Assembly: GCA_047456315.1 (NCBI GenBank)
Contig: CP179889.1
Span: forward strand, 512,776-576,775
Direction: 5' to 3'
Length of the DNA stretch: 64,000 bases
Source of the DNA: Candidatus Nealsonbacteria bacterium
GTDB taxonomy: Bacteria > Patescibacteriota > Minisyncoccia > Minisyncoccales > JANBVM01
The notes under the pieces are model-generated. The model was given only the letters and a program-made list of their open reading frames with translations. It was not told where the DNA came from and did not search any database. Below, piece by piece: positions 1-8,358 of this stretch. Position 1 is the stretch's first letter; the number at the start of each line of letters is the position of its first letter. A program made the translations under genes and the position numbers.

Positions 1-402
1 ATATCCAATATCAAGATAAATTGCCCCAATTATTGCTTCAAAAACATTGGCTAAAATATATTTTCTGGCTTTACCAAATTCTTTTGACTGGCCCTTGGAG
101 AGCAGTACAAAATCACCAAACTTAAGCTCCTGGGCAATTTTAGAAAGCATTTTTGAATTAACTAAAGCTGCTCTCCAGTTTGTTAACTCCCCTTCTGGCT
201 TCTTAGGATAGTTCTGATAAAGATCTTCAGTAACAACCAACTCCAGCACAGCATCTCCTAAAAACTCCAACCGCTCATTGTGATGCAGATGAAAATCAAG
301 GTTTTCATTTAAATATGAACGGTGAACAAATGCCTGGGTTAAAAGATTTTTATCTTTAAAATCAAGATTTAATTTTTTCTCAAGAATTGAAATGTCTTTC
401 AC
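1..402 (-). CDS. rnc: Ribonuclease III, 5' part (gene continues past window start)
   Basis: Own reverse-strand translation VKDISILEKKLNLDFKDKNLLTQAFVHRSY...NERLEFLGDAVLELVV...FEAIIGAIYLD carries the RNase III signature ERLEFLGDA. Likely GTG start at 400-402. Absent from the ORF track because it is truncated. Confidence 0.85.
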   Translation of the reverse strand, partial: MKDISILEKKLNLDFKDKNLLTQAFVHRSYLNENLDFHLHHNERLEFLGDAVLELVVTEDLYQNYPKKPEGELTNWRAALVNSKMLSKIAQELKFGDFVLLSKGQSKEFGKARKYILANVFEAIIGAIYLDIGY

Positions 403-475
403 AAAAACTATAATTGGCAGTTAGTAACTGACAGCTCGATTTAACTATCAACTACAAACCATCAAGTATTTTATA

Positions 476-952
476 TTATTTATTTTTTTCTTTAATCTGC
501 TTCTTATCTTCTGGCTTTTTTTCATCTTCTTCGTAGCAGGGAAGATTCTTGTAAACTGTTCCCAACACTCCATTGATGAATTTTCCTGAATTCTCTCCGC
601 CAAAAGACTTTGCCAGTTCAATTGCTTCATTAATGGCTACTTTTGGTGGAACTGCTTTCTTATCTACGTAAAGCAATTCATAAATACCAAGTCTTAAAAT
701 ATTTCTATCAACTATTGAAATCTGGTCAATAGGCCACTGAGGAGCAGCTGTTTTAATAATATTATCAATTTCTTTTAAGTGTTTAATCACTTCTGTTACC
801 AGTTCCCAGACAAAAGTTTTATCTTCCAGTCCTGGACCAAACTCCTCAAGATTTCTTTCAATAATAGCGTTCAAATCCAGTTCTTTATTAGAAAAATCCC
901 ACTCATAAAGAGACTGCATTGCTATTGAACGCGAAAGATGACGGCTGGCCAT
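476..952 (-). CDS. nusB: Transcription antitermination factor NusB with Lys/Glu-rich C-terminal tail
   Basis: 158 aa; [13 protein letters not shown]...[18 protein letters not shown] pattern is typical of NusB. Confidence 0.85.
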   Translation of the reverse strand: MASRHLSRSIAMQSLYEWDFSNKELDLNAIIERNLEEFGPGLEDKTFVWELVTEVIKHLKEIDNIIKTAAPQWPIDQISIVDRNILRLGIYELLYVDKKAVPPKVAINEAIELAKSFGGENSGKFINGVLGTVYKNLPCYEEDEKKPEDKKQIKEKNK

Positions 953-986
953 GAATTAAATTGTTAAGTAATTGAATTGTTAATAA

Positions 987-1277
987 TTATTTTCTGGACA
1001 AGGACTTCCAGTCCAGAGGTTTTTTCTCAGGTGCTTTTTCAGCCTCTTCTTTTGACTGGATTTCTTTTTCTCTTCTTTTCCTTTCTTTTTTATCTAACTT
1101 AGCAAAAACATCAATAATCTCTCTTCCTTTGTAATAACCGCAGGAAGAACAAAGACTATGGGATAATCGAAAAGCTCCGCACTTTGGACATTTGTTTAAA
1201 TTGGGTTCTTTTAAAAAAATATGCAGTCTTCTCTTGTCTCTTTTTGATTTTGTTCCTCTTTTCTTTGGTACGGCCAT
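987..1277 (-). CDS. rpmF: 50S ribosomal protein L32 with KE-rich C-terminal extension
   Basis: MAVPKKRGTKSKRDKRR N-terminus plus CPKCG..CSSCG zinc knuckle. The ORF track begins 8 codons earlier (1301), but the ATG at 1277 matches the L32 consensus start. Confidence 0.85.
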   Translation of the reverse strand: MAVPKKRGTKSKRDKRRLHIFLKEPNLNKCPKCGAFRLSHSLCSSCGYYKGREIIDVFAKLDKKERKRREKEIQSKEEAEKAPEKKPLDWKSLSRK

Positions 1278-1368
1278 AATAAAAAATGGCTCAATGGCCA
1301 CACTAATAAATGGCTAATTTTATAACTTTAAACTAAATTTATGGAAATTGCAAGTAGAAATGAACAGT

Positions 1369-3090
1369 TTAACTATATTTTATCACTGGTTTGAAACTTT
1401 TCCTGTGAATCTTGCAGGGCCCTAATTCTGCTAAAGCAGATATGTGTTTTTTTGTGCAATAGCCCTTATGACTTCTAAACCCATATTGAGGGTATTTCTT
1501 ATGTTCTCTTCTCATTAATCTGTCCCGACTCACCTTTGCAATTATTGATGCGGAAGCGCAGGAAAAAACCTTATTATCACCCTTAATGATTGATTTTTGA
1601 TGAGTGTCTAAATTGAGTTTTATTCTTCCGTCTAAAATTAAAAAGTCAATTTTCTGATCAAACTTTTTTTCTAAATTTTTAACTGCGCGTTTCATAGCTA
1701 ATTTTGTGGCTTCTAAAACATTAATTCTATCTACAACTTTCTCTGAAGCTTTTCCAATCCCCCACTTTATACCAGAATGATTTGTCAGAACTTTATATAA
1801 CTTTTCTCTTTTTTTTGGTGTAAGTTTCTTGGAATCCCGAACACCTAAATGATTAAATAGCTTAATAGTTGAATTGTTATTGAGTCTGACAATTACTGCA
1901 GCAGCAAATACTGGACCGGACAGACTGTTGCCCGTGAAATAGCCCGTGCCATTTCGTCTCACATAAAAATTATGATATTTAGGAAGTTGCAGACAAAAAA
2001 CTTTTCCTTTATAAAATATATTTTTCTTGTGCAAGGATTTTATTTGAGCTTTATTATTTCTCCGTAACCGAATTTCAAAACAGGGAGCTTGATTTTCTTT
2101 TTTGATTATTCTACCCTCTATACACCCTCCTCTTGGCATTCTCACGCTTGTATGATATGTCCAACCTCTTTTTAATAAAACTTCTTCAAAATCATCTTTT
2201 AATTTCTTAGATACAGTATAATATACACAAACCTCTTTTCTATTTTTCCCAGTATAACAAGCCCCATCTCCCAATATTAACCATTTTATAAGAATATTAA
2301 GTAATCGCGGAGACAATTCTTTAATATCTCGAGGTACAAATTTAGTATAGCAGTTTCCAAGTTGCTTTAAGTATGTATAAAGCTGCTTATTATAACATTT
2401 AAATCCTGTTGCAAATTTACTAAATCTAAAAGGGAATTTTTTGAGCAAAGAATAAATTTTTTTATAGCTATCCTGAGACGCATTTTCGTCTTGAGAAATG
2501 GTTACCCTGTACGAACCCTTCTTCTTGTCGTGGTAAACAGAACCTTCTGATAAAAATATACCCAAAAAAGCAACCCATAATTTAATATCTATAAGTTTTT
2601 CCTCATTTTTATCCACCGTAGGTAATCTAAAAAATTTTGTATCTATTCCTCTCCATTTTCCTCCTCGAGGTATAAAATCATTACCAGACAAGTCACTTAC
2701 TATTTTTCTTTCTTCTCTTGCTTTATATCCAATCAATTTCAATCTATTATTGTCTTTTTTATCTCTCATGAAAACCCTTCTAAGAACAACGAAATAATGG
2801 TCAGGGGTAACAACTATATTTATTCCCCTATTTTTTAATTCTAAAAGATTTCCCTCAAAGTCTTTTTCTATAATTTTCTCTATTTTTTGCCACCTTATAT
2901 AACCATCATTAGTAAAAGATAAAACTTGGTCTTTCTTTAGATTAATATCAGTGTAGAACTTCCAACCATTACTGGTTAATACCTCTGCATCAGACCTTTC
3001 GCAACCACGACCTACTTCATCTATCCCAGCTACAATCTTATATCCCTTTTTCCACAATCTTTTTTCTTCTGAAAAGCTTGGATATTTCAT
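1369..3090 (-). CDS. rnhB: Ribonuclease HII interrupted by an in-frame intein (exteins 29 + 185 aa = 214 aa)
   Basis: N-extein ends GIDEVGRG. The C-extein resumes SLSGPVFAAAVIV...DSKKLT...DGRIKL...ASIIAKVSRD...GYCTKKH, a normal RNase HII once residues 30-388 are removed. Confidence 0.9.
   Translation of the reverse strand: MKYPSFSEEKRLWKKGYKIVAGIDEVGRGCERSDAEVLTSNGWKFYTDINLKKDQVLSFTNDGYIRWQKIEKIIEKDFEGNLLELKNRGINIVVTPDHYFVVLRRVFMRDKKDNNRLKLIGYKAREERKIVSDLSGNDFIPRGGKWRGIDTKFFRLPTVDKNEEKLIDIKLWVAFLGIFLSEGSVYHDKKKGSYRVTISQDENASQDSYKKIYSLLKKFPFRFSKFATGFKCYNKQLYTYLKQLGNCYTKFVPRDIKELSPRLLNILIKWLILGDGACYTGKNRKEVCVYYTVSKKLKDDFEEVLLKRGWTYHTSVRMPRGGCIEGRIIKKENQAPCFEIRLRRNNKAQIKSLHKKNIFYKGKVFCLQLPKYHNFYVRRNGTGYFTGNSLSGPVFAAAVIVRLNNNSTIKLFNHLGVRDSKKLTPKKREKLYKVLTNHSGIKWGIGKASEKVVDRINVLEATKLAMKRAVKNLEKKFDQKIDFLILDGRIKLNLDTHQKSIIKGDNKVFSCASASIIAKVSRDRLMRREHKKYPQYGFRSHKGYCTKKHISALAELGPCKIHRKSFKPVIKYS
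1927..3003 (-). mobile_element. Intein (359 aa) with LAGLIDADG homing-endonuclease domain inside rnhB
   Basis: Starts with Cys (TGC at 3003-3001) directly after DEVGRG. Block B is TPDH. LAGLIDADG-like motifs are FLGIFLSEGS and WLILGDGACY. Ends ...HNFYVRRNGTGYFTGN followed by Ser (+1, AGT at 1926-1924). The penultimate residue is Gly rather than His. Confidence 0.8.
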
Positions 3091-3096
3091 GTATTT

Positions 3097-3105
3097 ATTA
3101 TAGCA
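3097..3105 (-). promoter_or_regulatory. Extended -10 promoter (TGcTATAAT) for rnhB, 6 nt before the ATG
   Basis: Minus strand reads tTGcTATAATaaatacATG. No Shine-Dalgarno sequence; implies a leaderless or near-leaderless mRNA. Confidence 0.5.
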
Positions 3106-3117
3106 AAATAAAGAAAT

Positions 3118-3146
3118 TTGACCTTGATGTTCATAACAAGTAAAAT
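3118..3146 (+). promoter_or_regulatory. Sigma70-like promoter for dnaE (TTGACC-17-TAAAAT), -10 ends 9 nt before the ATG
   Basis: TTGACC 3118-3123, TAAAAT 3141-3146, ATG 3156. Confidence 0.55.
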
Positions 3147-3155
3147 AATCTAATT

Positions 3156-6100
3156 ATGTCCAAATTCACTCATCTACATGTCCATAGTCACTACTCTCTT
3201 TTAGATGGTTTGCCTAAAATTGATGATCTTTTGGATTATACAAAAAAACTAGGCATGGATTCTGTTGCCATAACTGATCATGGCGTGCTTTATGGTGCTG
3301 TTGAATTCTTCAAAAAAGCAAAAAAATATGAAGTTAAACCAATAATTGGATGTGAAGCATATGTTGCCTTTAAAGGCATGCACCAGAAAAGAGCTCATAT
3401 TGATAATAGAATATATCATTTAGTTCTTTTAGTTAAAAATGAGATTGGTTATAAAAATCTGGTGAAATTATTGACAAAAGCACACTTAGAAGGATTTTAT
3501 TACAAACCAAGAATTGATGATGAATTGCTGGCCCAATACTCTGAAGGATTAATTGGTCTCTCAGCCTGCTTAAAAGGAAAAATTCCTCAGCTGGTTTTAG
3601 AAAATAAAATTAAAGAAGCAAAAGAAACAGCCCTAAAATACAAGAAAATATTTGGCAATAACAACTTTTATTTGGAACTTCAACATCATCCGAATATAGA
3701 AAAGCAAAAAAAAGTAAATGAGGTTTTAATCTCTTTTTCAAAAGAATTAAAAATTCCTTTAGTAGCAACAAATGATACTCACTATCTAAGACCAGAAGAC
3801 GCCGAAGCCCAGGACACTTTAATGCTTATCAATACCGGCGCTGACCCCAATGACCCTGAGCGCTTAACTATAAAGGCTGATGATTTTTCACTGAAAAAAC
3901 CAGAACAAATGATAAAAGACTTTAAAGATGTTCCAGAAGCTATTGAAAATACCTTGAAAATAGCAGAGCAGTGCAATTTTGAATTTAAACTTGGTGAAAT
4001 TAAACTTCCCAAATTTCAAACACCAAATAATGAAACCCCTCCTCAATATTTAAAAGAACTTTGCAAAGAAGGATTAAAGAAAAAATATGGTCATTTAGTT
4101 AAAAAAGAGGTTACGGATAGATTAAATTATGAGCTGGATATGATAGAAAGAATGGGTTTCTCATCATACTTTTTAATTGTTGCTGATTTTGTAAACTGGG
4201 CAAAAGAAAAGAGAATTGTTGTTGGTCCTGGCAGAGGTTCTGTTGGCGGCTCTTTAGTAGCATATCTGTTAAGCATTACAAGTATTGATCCTTTAAAGTA
4301 TGATCTTCTTTTTGAGCGTTTCTTAAACCCTGCAAGAATTTCAATGCCAGATATTGATCTGGACTTTGCTGACAGAAGAAGAAACGAGGTTATTAGTTAT
4401 GTCACCGAGAAATATGGCAAAGACAAAGTTGCCCAGATCATCACTTTTGGAACAATGGCATCCCGGGCAGTGATAAGAGATGTTGGAAGAGCTCTTAGTT
4501 ATCCTTATGATTATTGTGATCGGATTGCAAAAATGATTCCTTTCGGACACAGCCTAGATGATACTCTGGCAAAAATCCCTGAATTCCGTCAATTATATGA
4601 AACAGATTCAAAAGCTGAAATTTTAATTAATTTAGCCAAGAAACTAGAAGGAGTTGCCCGCCATGCATCAACCCATGCCTGTGGAATAGTTATTTCAGAT
4701 AAACCCTTGGATAATATTGTTCCCTTGCAATACCCTACCCAGAATCATAGTGAAATTGTTACTCAGTATGAAATGCATGCTATTGAAGATTTAGGATTGT
4801 TGAAAATGGACTTTTTAGGATTAAAGAATTTAACAATTATTGAAGATACACTTTCCAGGATTTATGCAATACACAAGAAAAAAATTGATATTGAAAACCT
4901 TCCGTTAAATGACAGACGAACTTATAAGCTGCTTCAAAAAGGACAAACTATTGGTGTTTTTCAGTTAGAATCAGCAGGGTTTCAAAGATATTTAAAACAA
5001 TTAAAACCTGATGAGTTTGAAGACATTATTGCCATGGTAGCGCTTTACAGGCCTGGACCAATATCTTTAATTCCTGAATACATTGCTAGAAAACAAGGAA
5101 AAAGCAAAATTGAATATATTCATCCAAAATTAAAAGATATCCTTAAAAAAACTTATGGTTTGCCGGTTTATCAGGAAGATTTAATGTTTATTGCCCAAAA
5201 ACTAGCTGGATTTTCCATGTCTGAAGCAGATGTTTTAAGAAAAGCTATTGGGAAAAAGATTAAAAAACTATTACTGGAACAGAAACAAAAGCTTATTACA
5301 GGAATAAAGGAAAATGGAATAAAAGAAAGTGTTGCTAGAAAAATATGGGAATGGATTCTGCCTTTTGCTCGCTATGGTTTTAATCGCGCTCACTCAACTG
5401 CCTATGCTACTATTGCCTACCAAACAGCATATTTAAAAACACATTATCCAGTTGAATTTATGTCTGCTCTTTTAACCGCAGAAAAATCAGACGTAGAAAG
5501 AATTGGGTTTTTAATTGATGAGTGTAAAAAAATGGGGATTGAAGTGCTTGCTCCTAATATTAATGAAAGCTGGAGAAACTTCAGCGTTATTCCTCATAAA
5601 AAACAGATGCGCTTTGGTTTGTTTGCAATTAAAAACGTAGGTGAAGGTATTGTTAATACAATTATTGATGAAAGAAAAGAAAGAGGCCCATTTCAATCAA
5701 TTAATGATTTCATCTTAAGAATAAACTCAAAGGGTTTAAATAAAAAATCTTTGGAAAGCTTAATTAAAGCAGGAGCTTTTGATAAGTTTGAAGAAAGAAA
5801 TCAGCTTCTTTTTAATTTAGAAAGATTGTTGAGCTATAGCAGAGAAACACAGAGAATGAAATCAAATGGCCAGATTGGGCTTTTTGATGGAATCCAGACT
5901 TCAACTGAAATAAAACTTGAGACAACAGAGGCAGCAACTAAAAGTGAAAAATTGAGCTGGGAAAAAGAACTTTTAGGGCTTTTTGTCAGCGCTCATCCTC
6001 TAGATGATTACAGGAATATTTTAGAAAAAAAGACAACAAAAATTGCTCAACTAGCCAAATTCCCTACCAGAAGAACCATTAGAATTGGAGGTATAATTTC

Positions 6101-6323
6101 AAAAATTAAAAAAATTATTACTAAAAAAGGCAGGCCAATGCTCTTTATGAGTTTAGAAGATTTATCAGATAAAATTGAGGTTGTGGTATTTCCATCAATT
6201 ATTGAAAAAAAGCCAACTCTCTTTAAAGAAAATAAGATAGTATTTGTTTCAGGGAAAATCAGCAACAGGAGCACCACTCCAAAACTAATCTGTGAAGATA
6301 TTGAAGAGATTATTGAAGCTTAA
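3156..6323 (+). CDS. dnaE: DNA polymerase III alpha subunit
   Basis: 1055 aa; PHP domain start FTHLHVHSHYSLLDG, GSVGGSLVAYLLSIT, PDIDLDF, and an OB fold near the C-terminus. Confidence 0.95.
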   Translation: MSKFTHLHVHSHYSLLDGLPKIDDLLDYTKKLGMDSVAITDHGVLYGAVEFFKKAKKYEVKPIIGCEAYVAFKGMHQKRAHIDNRIYHLVLLVKNEIGYKNLVKLLTKAHLEGFYYKPRIDDELLAQYSEGLIGLSACLKGKIPQLVLENKIKEAKETALKYKKIFGNNNFYLELQHHPNIEKQKKVNEVLISFSKELKIPLVATNDTHYLRPEDAEAQDTLMLINTGADPNDPERLTIKADDFSLKKPEQMIKDFKDVPEAIENTLKIAEQCNFEFKLGEIKLPKFQTPNNETPPQYLKELCKEGLKKKYGHLVKKEVTDRLNYELDMIERMGFSSYFLIVADFVNWAKEKRIVVGPGRGSVGGSLVAYLLSITSIDPLKYDLLFERFLNPARISMPDIDLDFADRRRNEVISYVTEKYGKDKVAQIITFGTMASRAVIRDVGRALSYPYDYCDRIAKMIPFGHSLDDTLAKIPEFRQLYETDSKAEILINLAKKLEGVARHASTHACGIVISDKPLDNIVPLQYPTQNHSEIVTQYEMHAIEDLGLLKMDFLGLKNLTIIEDTLSRIYAIHKKKIDIENLPLNDRRTYKLLQKGQTIGVFQLESAGFQRYLKQLKPDEFEDIIAMVALYRPGPISLIPEYIARKQGKSKIEYIHPKLKDILKKTYGLPVYQEDLMFIAQKLAGFSMSEADVLRKAIGKKIKKLLLEQKQKLITGIKENGIKESVARKIWEWILPFARYGFNRAHSTAYATIAYQTAYLKTHYPVEFMSALLTAEKSDVERIGFLIDECKKMGIEVLAPNINESWRNFSVIPHKKQMRFGLFAIKNVGEGIVNTIIDERKERGPFQSINDFILRINSKGLNKKSLESLIKAGAFDKFEERNQLLFNLERLLSYSRETQRMKSNGQIGLFDGIQTSTEIKLETTEAATKSEKLSWEKELLGLFVSAHPLDDYRNILEKKTTKIAQLAKFPTRRTIRIGGIISKIKKIITKKGRPMLFMSLEDLSDKIEVVVFPSIIEKKPTLFKENKIVFVSGKISNRSTTPKLICEDIEEIIEA

Positions 6324-6326
6324 GTA

Positions 6327-6355
6327 TTGACAAAAGTTTTTGAAAATCTTAAATT
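6327..6355 (+). promoter_or_regulatory. Sigma70-like promoter (TTGACA-17-TAAATT) feeding the thrS leader
   Basis: TTGACA 6327-6332, TAAATT 6350-6355. The leader-ORF ATG sits 6 nt downstream. Confidence 0.55.
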
Positions 6356-6361
6356 AAAAAT

Positions 6362-6421
6362 ATGTTAAGGAATTTAAAACAACTTAACACTACAACTACA
6401 ACCTCTTTTCTAAAGGGCTAG
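6362..6421 (+). CDS. Putative thrS leader peptide MLRNLKQLNTTTTTSFLKG (19 aa)
   Basis: ATG at 6362, five consecutive Thr codons ACT ACA ACT ACA ACC at 6389-6403, TAG stop at 6419-6421. Lies between a promoter and a terminator immediately upstream of thrS. Too short for the ORF track. Confidence 0.55.
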   Translation: MLRNLKQLNTTTTTSFLKG

Positions 6422-6451
6422 GCCTTAAATTTTTTAATTAATTCAAGAACT

Positions 6452-6479
6452 AGCCTCTTAATAAAGAGGTTTTTGTTTT
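6452..6479 (+). terminator. Intrinsic terminator / attenuator hairpin in the thrS leader
   Basis: Stem AGCCTCTT (6452-6459) / AAGAGGTT (6464-6471), loop AATA, then a TTTTTGTTTT tract. The 5' arm can alternatively pair with GGCTAG at 6416-6421. Confidence 0.6.
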
Positions 6480-6528
6480 ATTAGTCGAAAAAATATATAA
6501 TTAAATAATTAATTAAATACTAATAATT

Positions 6529-8328
6529 ATGGCTAAAAAGAAAGAAATAGATAAAGAACTAGAGGCAATACGTCACAGCGCTGAGCATGTTTTAACCCAA
6601 GCAATGATAAAACTCTATCCAGGGCTTAAAATGGCAATGGGTCCCGCTATTGAATCTGGTTTTTATTTTGACTTTGATTATGACAAACAAATCAATGAAA
6701 AAGATTTTCCAAAGATTGAGAAGGAAATGCAAAAAATCATTAAAAAGGATCTACCTTTTAAAAAAGAAGTTTTAACGGTAAAAGAAGCCAGAAAACTTTT
6801 CAGAGGCAACCCTTACAAACAAGAATGGTTGGATGAAATAGAAAAAAAGAAAGAAAAGGCAGTAATCTACAGGACTGGAGATGAGTTTGTTGATCTATGC
6901 AGCGGCCCTCATGTTAAATCTACTGGCAAGATTGGCACCCTTAAGCTTTTATCTATTGCTGGCGCTTATTGGAGAGGAGATGAAAAAAATAAAATGTTAA
7001 CCAGAATTTACGGCACTGCTTTTAAGACAAAAAAGGGGTTGGCTAAATACCTTACAAATCTAGAAGAAGCTAAAAAAAGAGACCATAGAAAAATAGGAAA
7101 AGAAACTGAGCTGTTTTTAATTGATCCAATGGCAGGACTAGGCCTTGTAATGTGGCAACCTAAGGGAGCATTATTATGGAAAATAATAGAAGATTTCTGG
7201 CACAAAGAACATCTTAAATCAGGATATGAATTGGTTAGGGCTCCGCATATTGGCAATCGCAAATTATGGGAAACATCAGGCCATTGGGATTTTTATTCTG
7301 ACAGCATGTACCCACCTCTTGAAGTTGACAAAAGTTTAACCGAAGCAAAAAAAGGAAAGAAGTCAAAAACAAAAGAAGAATATCTGTTAAAACCAATGAA
7401 CTGCCCTTTTCATGTTCTAATCTATAACTCAAAAATCAGAAGCTATAAAGAACTGCCAATACGCTGGGCTGAATGCGGCACTGTTTATCGCTATGAGAAA
7501 TCAGGAGAATTATCCGGGCTTACAAGAGTTCGCGGCTTTACGATTGATGATGCTCATATTATCTGCACTAAAGACCAGGTTAAAGATGAACTTAAAAAAG
7601 TCATTGACTTCATAATCTATATATTTAAAGCCTTTGGATTCAAAAAAGAAAATATTCACGTTTATCTATCTTTAAGAGGAGCAAAAGACAAAAAAAACTA
7701 TATTGGTGATGATCAAGGATGGAAGTTTACACAAAAAGTACTGGAAGAAACCATAAAAGAAAAAGGGTTGGATTATGAAAAAGAAGAAGGTGAGGCAGCT
7801 TTTTATGGACCAAAGTTTGATTTTAAAATTAAAGACTCTGTTGGAAGATTATGGCAATGCTCAACTCTGCAATTTGATTTTAACCTGCCTGAAAGATTTA
7901 AAATGACTTTTATCAATAAAAACGGAAAAAAAGAACAACCATATATGCTTCATCGGGCGCTCTTTGGTTCTTTTGAAAGATTTATTGGACTTTTGATTGA
8001 ACATTACAAAGGCGCCTTCCCTTTATGGCTGGCTCCTGAACAAATGTGGGTAATCCCGGTTGGCAAACAGCATATTAAATATGCAAAAGATATTATAAAA
8101 GAACTTGCTGAAAATGATTTCAGGTGTCAGTTGAAAGAAGAAAATGAAAGTGTTTCCAAAAAGATAAGGAAAGGTGAGATTCAGAAAATCCCCTACTTAT
8201 TAGTTGTTGGAGATGAAGAAAAAAAAGAAAAGTCAGTAAGAGTTAGAGAAAAAGGAAAAGATTTGGGGAAAATTAAATTGACAAGGTTTATTGAGAAAGC
8301 GAAAATTAAAATAGATAAAAAAAGATAA
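6529..8328 (+). CDS. thrS: Threonyl-tRNA synthetase lacking the N-terminal TGS domain
   Basis: 599 aa; starts at the N2 editing domain (HSAEHVL, CSGPHV), then RDHRKIGKE, class II motifs and an anticodon-binding domain. Confidence 0.95.
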   Translation: MAKKKEIDKELEAIRHSAEHVLTQAMIKLYPGLKMAMGPAIESGFYFDFDYDKQINEKDFPKIEKEMQKIIKKDLPFKKEVLTVKEARKLFRGNPYKQEWLDEIEKKKEKAVIYRTGDEFVDLCSGPHVKSTGKIGTLKLLSIAGAYWRGDEKNKMLTRIYGTAFKTKKGLAKYLTNLEEAKKRDHRKIGKETELFLIDPMAGLGLVMWQPKGALLWKIIEDFWHKEHLKSGYELVRAPHIGNRKLWETSGHWDFYSDSMYPPLEVDKSLTEAKKGKKSKTKEEYLLKPMNCPFHVLIYNSKIRSYKELPIRWAECGTVYRYEKSGELSGLTRVRGFTIDDAHIICTKDQVKDELKKVIDFIIYIFKAFGFKKENIHVYLSLRGAKDKKNYIGDDQGWKFTQKVLEETIKEKGLDYEKEEGEAAFYGPKFDFKIKDSVGRLWQCSTLQFDFNLPERFKMTFINKNGKKEQPYMLHRALFGSFERFIGLLIEHYKGAFPLWLAPEQMWVIPVGKQHIKYAKDIIKELAENDFRCQLKEENESVSKKIRKGEIQKIPYLLVVGDEEKKEKSVRVREKGKDLGKIKLTRFIEKAKIKIDKKR

Positions 8329-8358
8329 TTAAATTAATATAATTATTATTTATAAAAT

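Noticed and set aside
6473-6501. Possible second promoter (TTGTTT-17-TATAAT) between the attenuator terminator and the thrS ATG
   Set aside because: The match overlaps the terminator U-tract, and such matches arise easily in sequence of about 25% GC. It is kept only as a caveat to the attenuator finding, not called as a feature.
6324-6528. T-box riboswitch or ThrRS-binding operator upstream of thrS
   Set aside because: No T-box consensus (AGGGUGGUACCGCG-like), AG bulge or specifier-loop architecture is visible. No tRNA-Thr anticodon-arm mimic was seen next to the thrS start. The leader-peptide attenuator model fits the sequence better.
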